Source of the DNA: an uncultured Candidatus Rokubacteria bacterium | Lineage (GTDB): Bacteria > Methylomirabilota > Methylomirabilia > Rokubacteriales > DASRDR01 | Reading direction: 5' to 3' | Assembly (NCBI GenBank): GCA_963826115.1 | Contig: CAWGVS010000012.1 | Span: 704,001 to 768,000 of the forward strand | Length of the DNA stretch: 64,000 nucleotides | Part shown: in pieces, positions 29,718-38,726 of the stretch | Layout: the number at the start of each line of letters is the position of its first letter | How positions within the stretch are numbered: the first letter of the stretch is position 1 | The notes under the pieces: generated by a model | What the model saw: the letters and a program-made list of their open reading frames with translations, nothing else | Told to the model about the DNA's origin: nothing | Database searches by the model: none | Program-made: the position numbers and the translations under genes

Positions 29718-30302
29718 ATGTCCTTCGGAGATACACTACGGGAGCACGGGCTGCCGGGTTCCGTCCCGCTCGGCTCGCCGTCCCCTCCGCCCGAGGCCAC
29801 GAGCGTCCATGAGCCCTTCATGCAGCTCGCGCTCGCGGAGGCGCGGCAGGCCGCCGCGGCCGGGGAGGTGCCGGTAGGCGCGGTGGTGGTCCTGGAAGGC
29901 GCGGTCGTCGGGCGGGGGCATAACCGCCCCGTCGCCACGTCGGATCCGACGGCGCACGCGGAGGTCGAGGCGTTGCGCGACGCCGGTCGGCGCGTCGGGA
30001 ACTACCGGCTGACGGGGGCGACCCTGTACGTGACGGTCGAGCCGTGCCTCATGTGCGCGGGGGCGTGCGTGCACGCGCGGCTGGGGGCGCTCGTCTTCGG
30101 CGCGCCGGACGAGAAGGCCGGGGCGCTCGTGAGCCGCGCCCGGGTGCTGGACGAGCCCGCGTGGAACCATCGCGTGCGCGTCACAGGGGGCGTGCTCGCC
30201 GCGGAAGCGGGCGCGCTGATGCAGGCGTTCTTTCGGGAGCGACGTGTGGAGGGGTACCGAAGTGGTCGCACCGGGCTCGACTCGAAATCGAGTTGGGGGT
30301 GA
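29718..30302 (+). CDS. tadA: tRNA adenosine(34) deaminase
   Basis: GEVPVGAV, DPTAHAE, TVEPCLMCAGA; start could be 29718 or 29820. Confidence 0.93.
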   Translation: MSFGDTLREHGLPGSVPLGSPSPPPEATSVHEPFMQLALAEARQAAAAGEVPVGAVVVLEGAVVGRGHNRPVATSDPTAHAEVEALRDAGRRVGNYRLTGATLYVTVEPCLMCAGACVHARLGALVFGAPDEKAGALVSRARVLDEPAWNHRVRVTGGVLAAEAGALMQAFFRERRVEGYRSGRTGLDSKSSWG

Positions 30303-30341
30303 TGAGCCCCCACGTGGGTTCGAATCCCACCCCCTCCGCCA
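30248..30341 (+). tRNA. tRNA-Ser(CGA)
   Basis: GGAGGGG/CCCCTCC, CTCGA-CTCGAAA-TCGAG, long variable arm, CCA. Confidence 0.96.
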
Positions 30342-30392
30342 TTTTTCCGTCACGGGGTGCGGCTGACGCGCCGTTGACGTCAGCCGGGCCGG

Positions 30393-30486
<94 letters not shown>

Positions 30487-30527
30487 CCCCGCTCCGGGCG
30501 GCGAGGTCGGACCGAGCGTGATCGAGC

Positions 30528-30801
30528 GTGGCCGTGCTAGGCGGGGAGGTAGCGGTGCCCTGTACTCGCAATCCGCTCCAGCGAGGCGGAATCCCCGCCC
30601 GAGGTGCCGGCGTGTTGAATTGAGCCCCGAGGAGTGGCGATGAGGGCTGGGCCCCACGCGACGAGAATCTGCCAACCCCGCCAGGCCCGGAAGGGAGCAA
30701 CGGTCCGCAGACACTCTCGTGTGCCGTGGGATTCCCTGGCCGGAGTTATCTCCCCGGGGAGATCGCAGGACGTCGGTTATCGACGGCGGGTGCACGGCCA
30801 C
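30528..30801 (+). ncRNA. ffs: large (Alu-domain) signal recognition particle RNA
   Basis: 5' GCCGTGCTAGGCGGGGAGGTAGCGGTGCCCTGTA resembles Bacillus scRNA; helix 8 CAGGCCCGGAAGGGAGCA; termini GTGGCCGTGC/GCACGGCCAC pair; upstream of dnaX. Confidence 0.92.
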
Positions 30802-30839
30802 TTTTTCCACGACGAGCCCGCGGCCGCGCGGAGCGCCTG

Positions 30840-32633
30840 GTGAGCTACCAGGTTCTCGCGCGGCGCTGGCGCCCCCTCACCTTCGACGCGGTCGTCGGCC
30901 AGGGGCCGATCGTCCGCACCCTCCGGAACGCGCTCGCCCAGGAGCGCATCGCCCACGCGTACCTGTTTGCCGGGCCTCGGGGCGTCGGGAAGACGACCAC
31001 CGCGCGCCTCCTCGCGATGGGTCTGAACTGCGAGGGCGCGGCGGCGGGCGCCGGGCGCCCGTGCGCCACGTGCGAGCCCTGCCGGGAAGTGGCGGCCGGC
31101 CGCGCGCTCGACGTGCTGGAGATCGACGGGGCCTCGAATCGCGGCATCGACGAGGTGCGCGCGCTCCGCGAGAACGCGCGCTATGCGCCGGCGCGCGGGC
31201 GGCGCAAGGTGTACATCATCGACGAGGTCCACATGCTGACGGAGCCGGCCTTCAACGCGCTCCTCAAGACGCTCGAGGAGCCGCCGGCCCACGTCGTCTT
31301 CGTCCTGGCCACCACCGAGGCGCGGCGCCTGCCGCCGACGATCCTCTCGCGCTGCCAGCGATTCGACTTCCGGCCGATCGCGAGCGTCGAGATCGGCGAG
31401 GCCCTCCGGCGGATCCTCGCGGAGGAGAAGGTGCCCGCGGACGCCGTGGAGCCGGACGCCCTCCGGCTCCTCGCGCGGGCGGCGGACGGGAGCCTCCGCG
31501 ACGCGCTCTCGCTCCTCGACACCGCCCTCGCCTACGGGGAGGGCCGCGTCCAGGCCAAGACCGTGGAGGAGCTCCTCGGGAGCGGCGGCGCCGAGGCTGC
31601 GTGGGCGCTCGCCGGCGCGCTCGTCCGCCGAGCGGCGCCGGACGCCCTCCAGCGGATCGCCGAGGCCGCCGCGGCCGGGCTCGACCTGTCGCTCCTCTGC
31701 GAGGAGACGATGGAGGTCCTGCGCCGGGCCTTCCTGGTCGCGGTCACCGGAACGGCCGGGCCCGACGCGACGCAGGACGAGACGGCGCGGCTCACGGCGC
31801 TCGGGACCGAGGCGGGCCAGGGCGACACCGATCTGCTTCTCCTCCTGAAGGGGCTCCTCGACGCCGAGGCCGAGATGCGGAAGTCCCCGCACCCGCGCGT
31901 CGACCTCGAGATCGCCACCGTGCGCCTCTGCCATCGTCCGCAGGCGGCGTCGATCGAGACGGTGCTCGCCCGGCTCGAGCAGGCCGAGGCGCGGCTCCGC
32001 GGTTACGGCGGCGCCGCCGAGCTGGCCGCCCCCGTCCAGCCGGATCTCCTCGCGGGCCCCCCGCCCGAGCCGGCGCTCCCGCGGCCGGTGGCGGTCCCGC
32101 GCCCGGGCGAACGCATCCCGGCGCCCGCGCCGCGCGCCGCCGCCCCGCCGGTCCGCGAGGCGCCGATGCCCGGCCGCCCGGTCGGCGGCCCCGCGACGCC
32201 GGGTCCGAGCGCGCCGCCGGCCCCGCGCTCCGTGCCGCGGAACGCCGCCGAGGCGTGGGCGGCCATCGTCGCCGAGGTGATCCGCGTCCGGCCGACGCTC
32301 GGGCACCTCCTGTCGGAAGGGGTGGTGGTCGACGAGGCGGAGGGCCGGCTCACCGTCGCGGTGCCGAACGGCAGCGCGTTCGTCAGCGATCAGCTGAAGA
32401 AGGCGGAGAACCGGGAGCTCGTGCTCGAGACGGCGCGGCGCGTCCAGCCCGGGCTCCGCGACGTGGCGTTCACCGCCGGCGTGCCGGCGGCGAGCGTGCC
32501 CGGCGGGACGCATCCGGTGGTCCAGGCCGCGATGGAGTTGTTCGAGGGAGACATCACCCAGGTCCGACCCGCTCCCGGCGCGCGCCCCATCGCGGCCGCC
32601 GAGCCGGCGGGCGGCGGCGGGGAGGCCCCATGA
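30840..32633 (+). CDS. dnaX: DNA polymerase III gamma/tau
   Basis: SYQVLARRWRP, GPRGVGKTT, EIDGASN, IIDEVHML, SRCQRF. Confidence 0.98.
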   Translation: MSYQVLARRWRPLTFDAVVGQGPIVRTLRNALAQERIAHAYLFAGPRGVGKTTTARLLAMGLNCEGAAAGAGRPCATCEPCREVAAGRALDVLEIDGASNRGIDEVRALRENARYAPARGRRKVYIIDEVHMLTEPAFNALLKTLEEPPAHVVFVLATTEARRLPPTILSRCQRFDFRPIASVEIGEALRRILAEEKVPADAVEPDALRLLARAADGSLRDALSLLDTALAYGEGRVQAKTVEELLGSGGAEAAWALAGALVRRAAPDALQRIAEAAAAGLDLSLLCEETMEVLRRAFLVAVTGTAGPDATQDETARLTALGTEAGQGDTDLLLLLKGLLDAEAEMRKSPHPRVDLEIATVRLCHRPQAASIETVLARLEQAEARLRGYGGAAELAAPVQPDLLAGPPPEPALPRPVAVPRPGERIPAPAPRAAAPPVREAPMPGRPVGGPATPGPSAPPAPRSVPRNAAEAWAAIVAEVIRVRPTLGHLLSEGVVVDEAEGRLTVAVPNGSAFVSDQLKKAENRELVLETARRVQPGLRDVAFTAGVPAASVPGGTHPVVQAAMELFEGDITQVRPAPGARPIAAAEPAGGGGEAP

Positions 32634-32947
32634 AGGGATTCGGGAATCTCGTCAAGGAAGCCCAGAAGCTCCAGGCGCAGCTCGAGGCGCTGAAGGAAGA
32701 GGTGGGAAAGAAGAAGGTCGAGGCCTCGGCCGGCGGCGGGATGGTGGTGGTCGAGGCCAATGGTAACCAGGAGCTGGTGTCGATCCGGATCGACCGCGAG
32801 GTGGTGACGCCCGACGATCCGCAGATGCTGGAGGACCTCGTCCTGGCGGCGGCCAACGAGGCGCTCCGCAAGGCCCGCGAGCTGGTCGCGGGCGAGATGG
32901 CGAAGGTCACGGGGGGGCTGGGCGGCAAGCTGCCCGGGCTCATGTAG
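32630..32947 (+). CDS. ybaB: YbaB/EbfC nucleoid-associated protein
   Basis: AQKLQ...ASAGGGMV...[13 protein letters not shown]; lies between dnaX and recR. Confidence 0.95.
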   Translation: MKGFGNLVKEAQKLQAQLEALKEEVGKKKVEASAGGGMVVVEANGNQELVSIRIDREVVTPDDPQMLEDLVLAAANEALRKARELVAGEMAKVTGGLGGKLPGLM

Positions 32948-32954
32948 AGGGCGC

Positions 32955-33554
32955 GTGGCCGCGCACCCGCCCGCCGTCGCCCGGTTGATCGAATCGCTCC
33001 AGCGCCTGCCGGGCATCGGCCCGAAGACGGCCCAGCGCCTCGCCTTCCACCTGCTGAAACAGTCGACCGCCACCGTTCAGGATCTCGCCGACGCGCTCGT
33101 CGACGTCAAGGCGAGCGTCGTCCACTGCTCGCGCTGCTTCAACGTGACGGACCGCGACCCGTGCGGCATCTGCGACGACCCGGCTCGCGACGAGGCGGTG
33201 CTGTGCGTCGTCGAGGAGCCGAACGACCTGGTCGCGATGGAGCGGACCGGCGAGTTCCGGGGGCGCTACCACGTGCTCCTGGGGGCCCTGTCCCCGCTCG
33301 ACGGGATCGGGCCGGATGAGCTCAAGGTGCGGGAGCTCCTGGCCCGGGTCGAGGCGAATCACGTGCGCGAGGTGATCCTGGCGACGAACCCGAACGTCGA
33401 GGGAGACGCCACCGCGCTCTACCTCGCGAAGCTCCTCCGGCCCCTCGGGCTCCGGATCACGCGCATCGCGCGCGGGCTCCCCGTCGGCGGCGACCTCGAG
33501 TACGCGGACGAGGTGACGCTCTCGCGAGCGCTCGAGGGCCGCCGCGAGATGTGA
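32955..33554 (+). CDS. recR: recombination protein RecR
   Basis: [14 protein letters not shown]4 zinc finger, [22 protein letters not shown]. Confidence 0.98.
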   Translation: MAAHPPAVARLIESLQRLPGIGPKTAQRLAFHLLKQSTATVQDLADALVDVKASVVHCSRCFNVTDRDPCGICDDPARDEAVLCVVEEPNDLVAMERTGEFRGRYHVLLGALSPLDGIGPDELKVRELLARVEANHVREVILATNPNVEGDATALYLAKLLRPLGLRITRIARGLPVGGDLEYADEVTLSRALEGRREM

Positions 33555-33566
33555 CGGCGGCGGCCG

Positions 33567-33923
33567 CTAGCCGCCGGTGAAGAAGCGCTTGATGGACCGG
33601 CCCGCGGACTTCATGCCCTCCCAGACGGACACCCCGAAGCCCTTCGCGCTCTGGCCGACCTTCTCGGCCGCGGGCTTGGTTTCCTTCCCGGCCTCCGCCG
33701 CCCGGTGGCCCACTTCCTTGGCGCCTTCGGAGACCGTCTTGCCGATGCCTTTGGCGGTCTCCTCGACGCCCTTCCCGATCTTCTTCGCCCCCTCGACCAC
33801 CTCACCCGTGCCCTTGGACGGCTGGGCGGCGGCCGCGCCGGGGAGTCCGGCGAGGAGGAGCGCGGCGAGGGCGACGCCGAGCGCGCGGCGGCAGGGGGAG
33901 AAGGAATGCGGTCGTCCCGGCAT
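33567..33923 (-). CDS. small exported, Lys/Gly-rich repetitive (LEA-like) protein
   Basis: GGAGG SD before ATG 33923, signal peptide ending AAAQ, amphipathic repeats GAKKIGKGVEETAKGIGKTV. Confidence 0.7.
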   Translation of the reverse strand: MPGRPHSFSPCRRALGVALAALLLAGLPGAAAAQPSKGTGEVVEGAKKIGKGVEETAKGIGKTVSEGAKEVGHRAAEAGKETKPAAEKVGQSAKGFGVSVWEGMKSAGRSIKRFFTGG

Positions 33924-34015
33924 GTGGGCACCTCCGGTGATGGCCGTCTTTCTCATCGTAGCACCCAGGGCCGGCGCGCCCGGCGACTGACTCCGCGCGG
34001 GCGCGAGGGTCCGAG

Positions 34016-34306
34016 ATGGGGCGCATGCTGGTCGAGTGGGCCGAGACGCTCCTGTTCCTCCTGGCCGGGGGCGTCCTGATCGGCGCGGTGGCCCACCTCC
34101 TCGGCTGGCTCCTCGCCCGGCGGCGGACCGCGGAGCTCGTGTGGCGGGCCTGGAACGTGCTCGGCGCCCTGCTCCTCGGGATCGGGATCCTCGGCATGGG
34201 GTACGCGTGGGTGGAGCTCGGCCTCCAGTCCGGCTGGGGGAGCCTCCTCCTCGGCCTGGGGCTCCTCCTCGCCTCCGCCGGGCTCTGGATGCTCGTCCCG
34301 GTCTAA
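34016..34306 (+). CDS. small hypothetical membrane protein (about 3 TM)
   Basis: 96-aa hydrophobic ORF. Confidence 0.7.
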   Translation: MGRMLVEWAETLLFLLAGGVLIGAVAHLLGWLLARRRTAELVWRAWNVLGALLLGIGILGMGYAWVELGLQSGWGSLLLGLGLLLASAGLWMLVPV

Positions 34307-34360
34307 GCCGCGGGCGCGAGGTTCCGCCGCTCGCGCGGCTGGGTTACAATGCGCGGGCAT

Positions 34361-34697
34361 TCCCCGGTAGCTCAATTGGTAGAGCACGCGGCTGTCGAGT
34401 CGGCAGCGTCCCGGCCGAAAGGCGGGATGGAAAAGCGGGTGAATTCAGGGAACCCTACGTCCGCGAGGATAGGGGAACCCTGAGCGAAGCCCTCGGGCGG
34501 ACGCCGCCCGGGGGACCGTGCAGAGACTAGACCGCAAGGTCGTACTCCGGGGCCCGGGTCGCGGGCGCCGGGGGAAGCGCCCGCCCCCTACGGACGCCCG
34601 ACGGGCGTCTACGGGGATGAGATAGTCCAAGCCCCGCGGAAACGCGGGGGCCCTTGTAACCGCGGGGTTGCAGGTTCGAGACCTGCCCGGGGAGCCA
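34361..34697 (+). tRNA. tRNA-Asn(GTT), intron-containing; exons 34361-34395 and 34657-34697
   Basis: Joined exons give a 76-nt cloverleaf TCCCCGG...CGCGG-CTGT^TAA-CCGCG...CCGGGGA-G-CCA; -10 TACAAT at 34345-34350. Confidence 0.92.
34396..34656 (+). ncRNA. group I self-splicing intron (261 nt)
   Basis: P1 with U-G wobble, GAATTCAGGGAA / AACCCTGAGC (P/Q), CAGAGACTAG / GAGATAGTCC (R/S, P7), GAAA-capped P9, terminal G. Confidence 0.92.
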
Positions 34698-34767
34698 ATC
34701 GCCCGAGGGCCGTCGGCGGTGACGCCGGCGGCCTTCGTGCGTCCGGGGGGGCCGGAGCGGCCGACCG

Positions 34768-35334
34768 TCAGCGCGCGGGCGCGCCGCCGATCAGCGCGGG
34801 CGCCGTGGTGACCGTCGCGAGGAACCCGTTCAGGCTCCCGAGGTGTGTCCGGTGCACCTGGTCGTGCGGCACCACGACCCCGTCGGGTCCCTTGACCGAC
34901 ATCGCGGCCATGGCATCCGAGGCCATGAGGACCTTGAAGCCCCGATGGGCGGCCTCGCGCGCGGTGGTGTCGCAGCACATCTGCGTCATGAACCCCGAGA
35001 CGATCACCTGCTCGATCCCGTGCCGGCGGAGGTGCGCCTCGAGGTCGGTGTTGGTGAACGACCCGGGCAGGTGCTTGGTGACGACGGGCTCGCCCGCGGC
35101 GGGCCGGGCGGCCGGATGGATCTCGAGGGCCGGACTGCCGGGCGCGAACGTGGTGGGATTCGGGCGCCGGCTCTCGTGCACGACGTGGACGACCGGGACG
35201 CCCGCGCCGCGCGCCCACGTGAGGAGATCGGCGATGCGCTCGACGGCGGCGGGGCCGCCGGGGAGGACGACCTTCCCAATCGGCGCGAAGTACTCCTGCT
35301 GAGCGTCAATAACGAGAAGCGCCGTCCTGTCCAT
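34768..35334 (-). CDS. isochorismatase-family cysteine hydrolase
   Basis: ALLVIDAQ, KHLPGSF, GFMTQMCCDTTAR. Confidence 0.93.
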   Translation of the reverse strand: MDRTALLVIDAQQEYFAPIGKVVLPGGPAAVERIADLLTWARGAGVPVVHVVHESRRPNPTTFAPGSPALEIHPAARPAAGEPVVTKHLPGSFTNTDLEAHLRRHGIEQVIVSGFMTQMCCDTTAREAAHRGFKVLMASDAMAAMSVKGPDGVVVPHDQVHRTHLGSLNGFLATVTTAPALIGGAPAR

Positions 35335-35504
35335 CGGGGGGCCTCGCTTTCCGGCGGCGGGCGCCGCGCGGGCGCATGCTACCATGCCGCCTCGGTGGAC
35401 CACTCGCTCGGGACCAGCGGCTTCGGCGGCGTCTCGGGCGTGGTCTCTCTCGCCGCGGCGCCGGCGGCGGTCCCCGCATCGCGCCCGAACGGACGGCGCC
35501 CCGC

Positions 35505-35873
35505 GTGAGCCTCGACCACGCGCGCCAGGAGCCCGGGGGCCGCACGAGTCGCGGCGCCCACGGGCACGGCCATGGTCACGGCCACCACCACGGCGAGGGG
35601 CGCCCGCACCGCGGCCGCCGTGGGTTCATGACCGGCGTGCTCCTGATGGCCGGCAGCTTCCTCGTCTACCCCGCCTATCCGTTCCTGGTCCTCTGGCCGG
35701 TCGGCGAGCGCACGCGCGTGGAGATCACGCTGGTGGCGGCGGCCGTGTCGTGGGCGGTGTTCGGCGCCGGGCTGTACCTCGCGGGCCGGCGCGGATGGGT
35801 GTGGCTGAGGCGGCGGTGGAAGGGGCGTCATCACCACCACGTCGCGCCGCCGCCCCCCGCCGCGCCCCCGTGA
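35505..35873 (+). CDS. His-rich small 2-TM membrane protein
   Basis: HGHGHGHGHHH N-terminal tract, two hydrophobic helices, ...LYLAGRRG and C-terminal HHHH; start uncertain. Confidence 0.6.
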   Translation: MSLDHARQEPGGRTSRGAHGHGHGHGHHHGEGRPHRGRRGFMTGVLLMAGSFLVYPAYPFLVLWPVGERTRVEITLVAAAVSWAVFGAGLYLAGRRGWVWLRRRWKGRHHHHVAPPPPAAPP

Positions 35874-35898
35874 TAGACTCCCCGCCGGACGGCCCACC

Positions 35899-37476
35899 AT
35901 GCTCGATCTCCTGATCGCGGGCGGCCTCGTCGTCGACGGCTCCGGCAACCCCGGCTACCACGGCGCGGTCGGCATCGAGGGTGAGCGGGTCCGGCTCTTC
36001 CGGGGCGCGCTCGACGGCATCCAGGCCCACCGGACGCTCGACGCGACGGGGCGCGTCGTCTGCCCCGGCTTCATCGACATGCACGCGCACTCCGGCCTCG
36101 TGATCCTGGCCGAGCCGCGCCACGAGCCGAAGGTCCGCCAGGGCGTGACCACCGAGGTCATCGGCATCGACGGGTGCTCCTACGCGCCGTTCCACTCGCA
36201 CGCCGACCTCGAGCAGTTCGTCGAGATCAACGCCGGCCTGGACGGCTGCCCGCCGCTCCCGGGGCGCTGGGCGACGGTCGAGCAATACCTCGACCTCTTC
36301 ACGAACCGGGTGGCGGTCAACATCGTCTACCTCGTGGGGAACTCGCCGCTCCGGGTCTGCGCGGTCGGCTGGGACGACCGCCCCGCGCGGCCGGCCGAGC
36401 TCCAGAACCAGCGCGCCCTCCTCCGGACGGCCATGGAGGAAGGCGCCTGGGGGATGTCGACCGGGCTCGACTACCCGCCGGGCAGCTACGCGGACACCGA
36501 CGAGCTCGTCTCGCTGTCGGAGGAGGCGACCCGGCTGGGCGGGATCTACCACACGCACGTGCGCTACAGCCTCGGCGACCGCTTCCTCGACCCCTTCCGT
36601 GAGGCGCTCGAGATCGGCCGGCGGGCCCAGATCCCGGCGCACATCACGCACTTCTACCAGCGGACGACCGCGCCCGGCGGCGCGACCGAGATGCTCGGCC
36701 TGGTGGAGGACGCGCGCGAGTCGGGGCTCGACGTGACCTTCGACGGCTATCCGTACGCGTACAGCTCGACGCGGCTCAACATCGTGATCCCGCAGTGGGC
36801 GTTCGACGGCGGCCTGCCCGCACTCCGCCGCAACCTCGCCGACCCCGCGGCGCGGGCGCGGATGAAGAACGAGATGGGCCCCCGCGCGGCCTCGTGGCAC
36901 GAGATGTGGGTGACCCATTTCAAGCGGCCGGAGCACCACCGCTTCGAGGGCCGCTCGGTCGCCGAGGTCGCCGAGCTGATGGGGCTCGACGTCGTCGACG
37001 CGATCTGCGAGCTGCTCCTGCTGGAGGACCAGCAGGTCTCGTACGTCTCGGCCGGCGCGAACATGGCGACGATGCCGAAGTTCGTGAGCCATCCCCTCTA
37101 CATGGTCGGGAGCGACGCGGTCCTGATCGGGGACTACCCGAGCCCGCGGACCTACGGCGCTTTCCCGGTGATCCTGGGGCAGTTCGTCCGCGACGAGGGC
37201 TGGCTTGGGCTGCCCGAGGCCATCCGGAAGATGACGTCGTTCCCCGCCCAGCGCCTCGGCCTCCCCGACCGCGGGCTCCTTCGCGACGGGTTCAAGGCCG
37301 ACGTCGTGGTCTTCGACGCGGAGACCGTGAAGGCGCCGGCCACCCGGCGGGAGCCGAAGCAGTTTGCGATCGGCATCGAGCACGTGATCGTCAACGGCCG
37401 GGTCGTCGTGGACCGGGGCCACCACACCGGCGCCCTCGCCGGACGGGCCCTCCGGCGCGGGCGCCCCTCCACCTAG
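35899..37476 (+). CDS. N-acyl-D-amino-acid deacylase family amidohydrolase
   Basis: PGFIDMHAHS, QGVTTEVIG, STGLDYPPG, PRTYGAFP, KMTSFPA. Confidence 0.93.
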   Translation: MLDLLIAGGLVVDGSGNPGYHGAVGIEGERVRLFRGALDGIQAHRTLDATGRVVCPGFIDMHAHSGLVILAEPRHEPKVRQGVTTEVIGIDGCSYAPFHSHADLEQFVEINAGLDGCPPLPGRWATVEQYLDLFTNRVAVNIVYLVGNSPLRVCAVGWDDRPARPAELQNQRALLRTAMEEGAWGMSTGLDYPPGSYADTDELVSLSEEATRLGGIYHTHVRYSLGDRFLDPFREALEIGRRAQIPAHITHFYQRTTAPGGATEMLGLVEDARESGLDVTFDGYPYAYSSTRLNIVIPQWAFDGGLPALRRNLADPAARARMKNEMGPRAASWHEMWVTHFKRPEHHRFEGRSVAEVAELMGLDVVDAICELLLLEDQQVSYVSAGANMATMPKFVSHPLYMVGSDAVLIGDYPSPRTYGAFPVILGQFVRDEGWLGLPEAIRKMTSFPAQRLGLPDRGLLRDGFKADVVVFDAETVKAPATRREPKQFAIGIEHVIVNGRVVVDRGHHTGALAGRALRRGRPST

Positions 37477-37486
37477 GATCGTCGCC

Positions 37487-38626
37487 GTGAACTTCGACCT
37501 CACCGAGCCTCAGCGCCAGATTCGCGACCTGTGCCGCGACTTCGTCGAGCGCGAGATCCGGCCGCGCGCGGCGGAGATCGACCGCTCGGACGAGTTCCCG
37601 TGGGACCTCTACAAGCGCATGGCGGAGCTCGACCTCCTCGGCATGACCGTGCCCCCGGAATACGGAGGCTCGGGCGCCGACACCGTGAGCTGGTGCATCG
37701 CCCAGGAGGAGCTCGCGCGCGGGTCCGCGGTGGTCTCGGACGCGCAGCTCCTCTGCAAGCTCATGTGCGACATGCTGCTCGCCAACGCCGCGGACGCGCA
37801 GAAGCGCCGCTACCTCCCCGCGATGGTGCGCGGCGAGAAGATCTGCTGCATCGCGCAGACCGAGCCCGGCGCGGGCTCCGACGTCGCGGGGGTGCAGACC
37901 ACCGCCCGGCCGAGCCCGGACGGCGGCTGGGTGCTGAACGGCACCAAGCGCTTCATCACCGAGGCGCTCCTCTGCGACCTGGCCGTGGTCGTCGCGACGA
38001 CCGACCGGACCAAGGGACGGGAGGCGATCGCACTCTTCCTGGTGGAGATGGGCGTGCCAGGCTTCTCGCGGGGCGGCAAGGAGCACCTCCTCGGGATGCG
38101 CGGGCTCGCGACCGGCGAGCTCGTCTTCGACGAGTGCCGGGTGCCGGCGGACGCCCTCATGGTCCCGCCGGGCGCGGGCTTCCGCCGCGCGATGATCTCG
38201 CTCGACAGCGGGCGGATCGGGATCGGCGCCCAGGCGGTGGGCATCGCGCAGGCCGCCATGGAGGCGGCGATCCGCTACGCGAAGGAGCGCTCGGCCTTCG
38301 GCCAGCCGATCGCCGGCTTCCAGGCCATCCAGTTCATGCTGGCCGACATGTCGGCGGCGATCGAGGGCGCGCGGCTCCTCCTGCGCCGGGCCGCCTTCCT
38401 CAAGGACCAGGGGCGGCCCATCATCCGCGAGGCCGCGGAGGCGAAGCTGGTCGCCGCCGACATGGCCCAGCGGGTCGTGACCGACGCCCTCCAGATTCAC
38501 GGGGCCGCCGGCTTCTCGACCGAGTTCCCGCTCGAGCGGCTCTACCGGGACGTCCGCGTCTACCAGATCTGGGAGGGCACGAGCCAGATCCAGCGGGTCG
38601 TGATCAGCCGCCAGCTCTTGAAGTAA
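37487..38626 (+). CDS. acyl-CoA dehydrogenase
   Basis: TEPGAGSD, LNGTKRFIT, QIHGAAG, IWEGTSQIQR. Confidence 0.95.
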   Translation: MNFDLTEPQRQIRDLCRDFVEREIRPRAAEIDRSDEFPWDLYKRMAELDLLGMTVPPEYGGSGADTVSWCIAQEELARGSAVVSDAQLLCKLMCDMLLANAADAQKRRYLPAMVRGEKICCIAQTEPGAGSDVAGVQTTARPSPDGGWVLNGTKRFITEALLCDLAVVVATTDRTKGREAIALFLVEMGVPGFSRGGKEHLLGMRGLATGELVFDECRVPADALMVPPGAGFRRAMISLDSGRIGIGAQAVGIAQAAMEAAIRYAKERSAFGQPIAGFQAIQFMLADMSAAIEGARLLLRRAAFLKDQGRPIIREAAEAKLVAADMAQRVVTDALQIHGAAGFSTEFPLERLYRDVRVYQIWEGTSQIQRVVISRQLLK

Positions 38627-38726
38627 CGGCGGGGTCAGACCTCGCCGTCCGGACACCGCGGGGGCATCGCGGCGAATTGTTTCGAACGCGAAGCCGGACC
38701 CCACCACCCAAAGCGAGGATGGTCCA

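Noticed and set aside
30840-32633. Programmed frameshift in dnaX
   Set aside because: No A AAA AAG or poly-A slippery site seen
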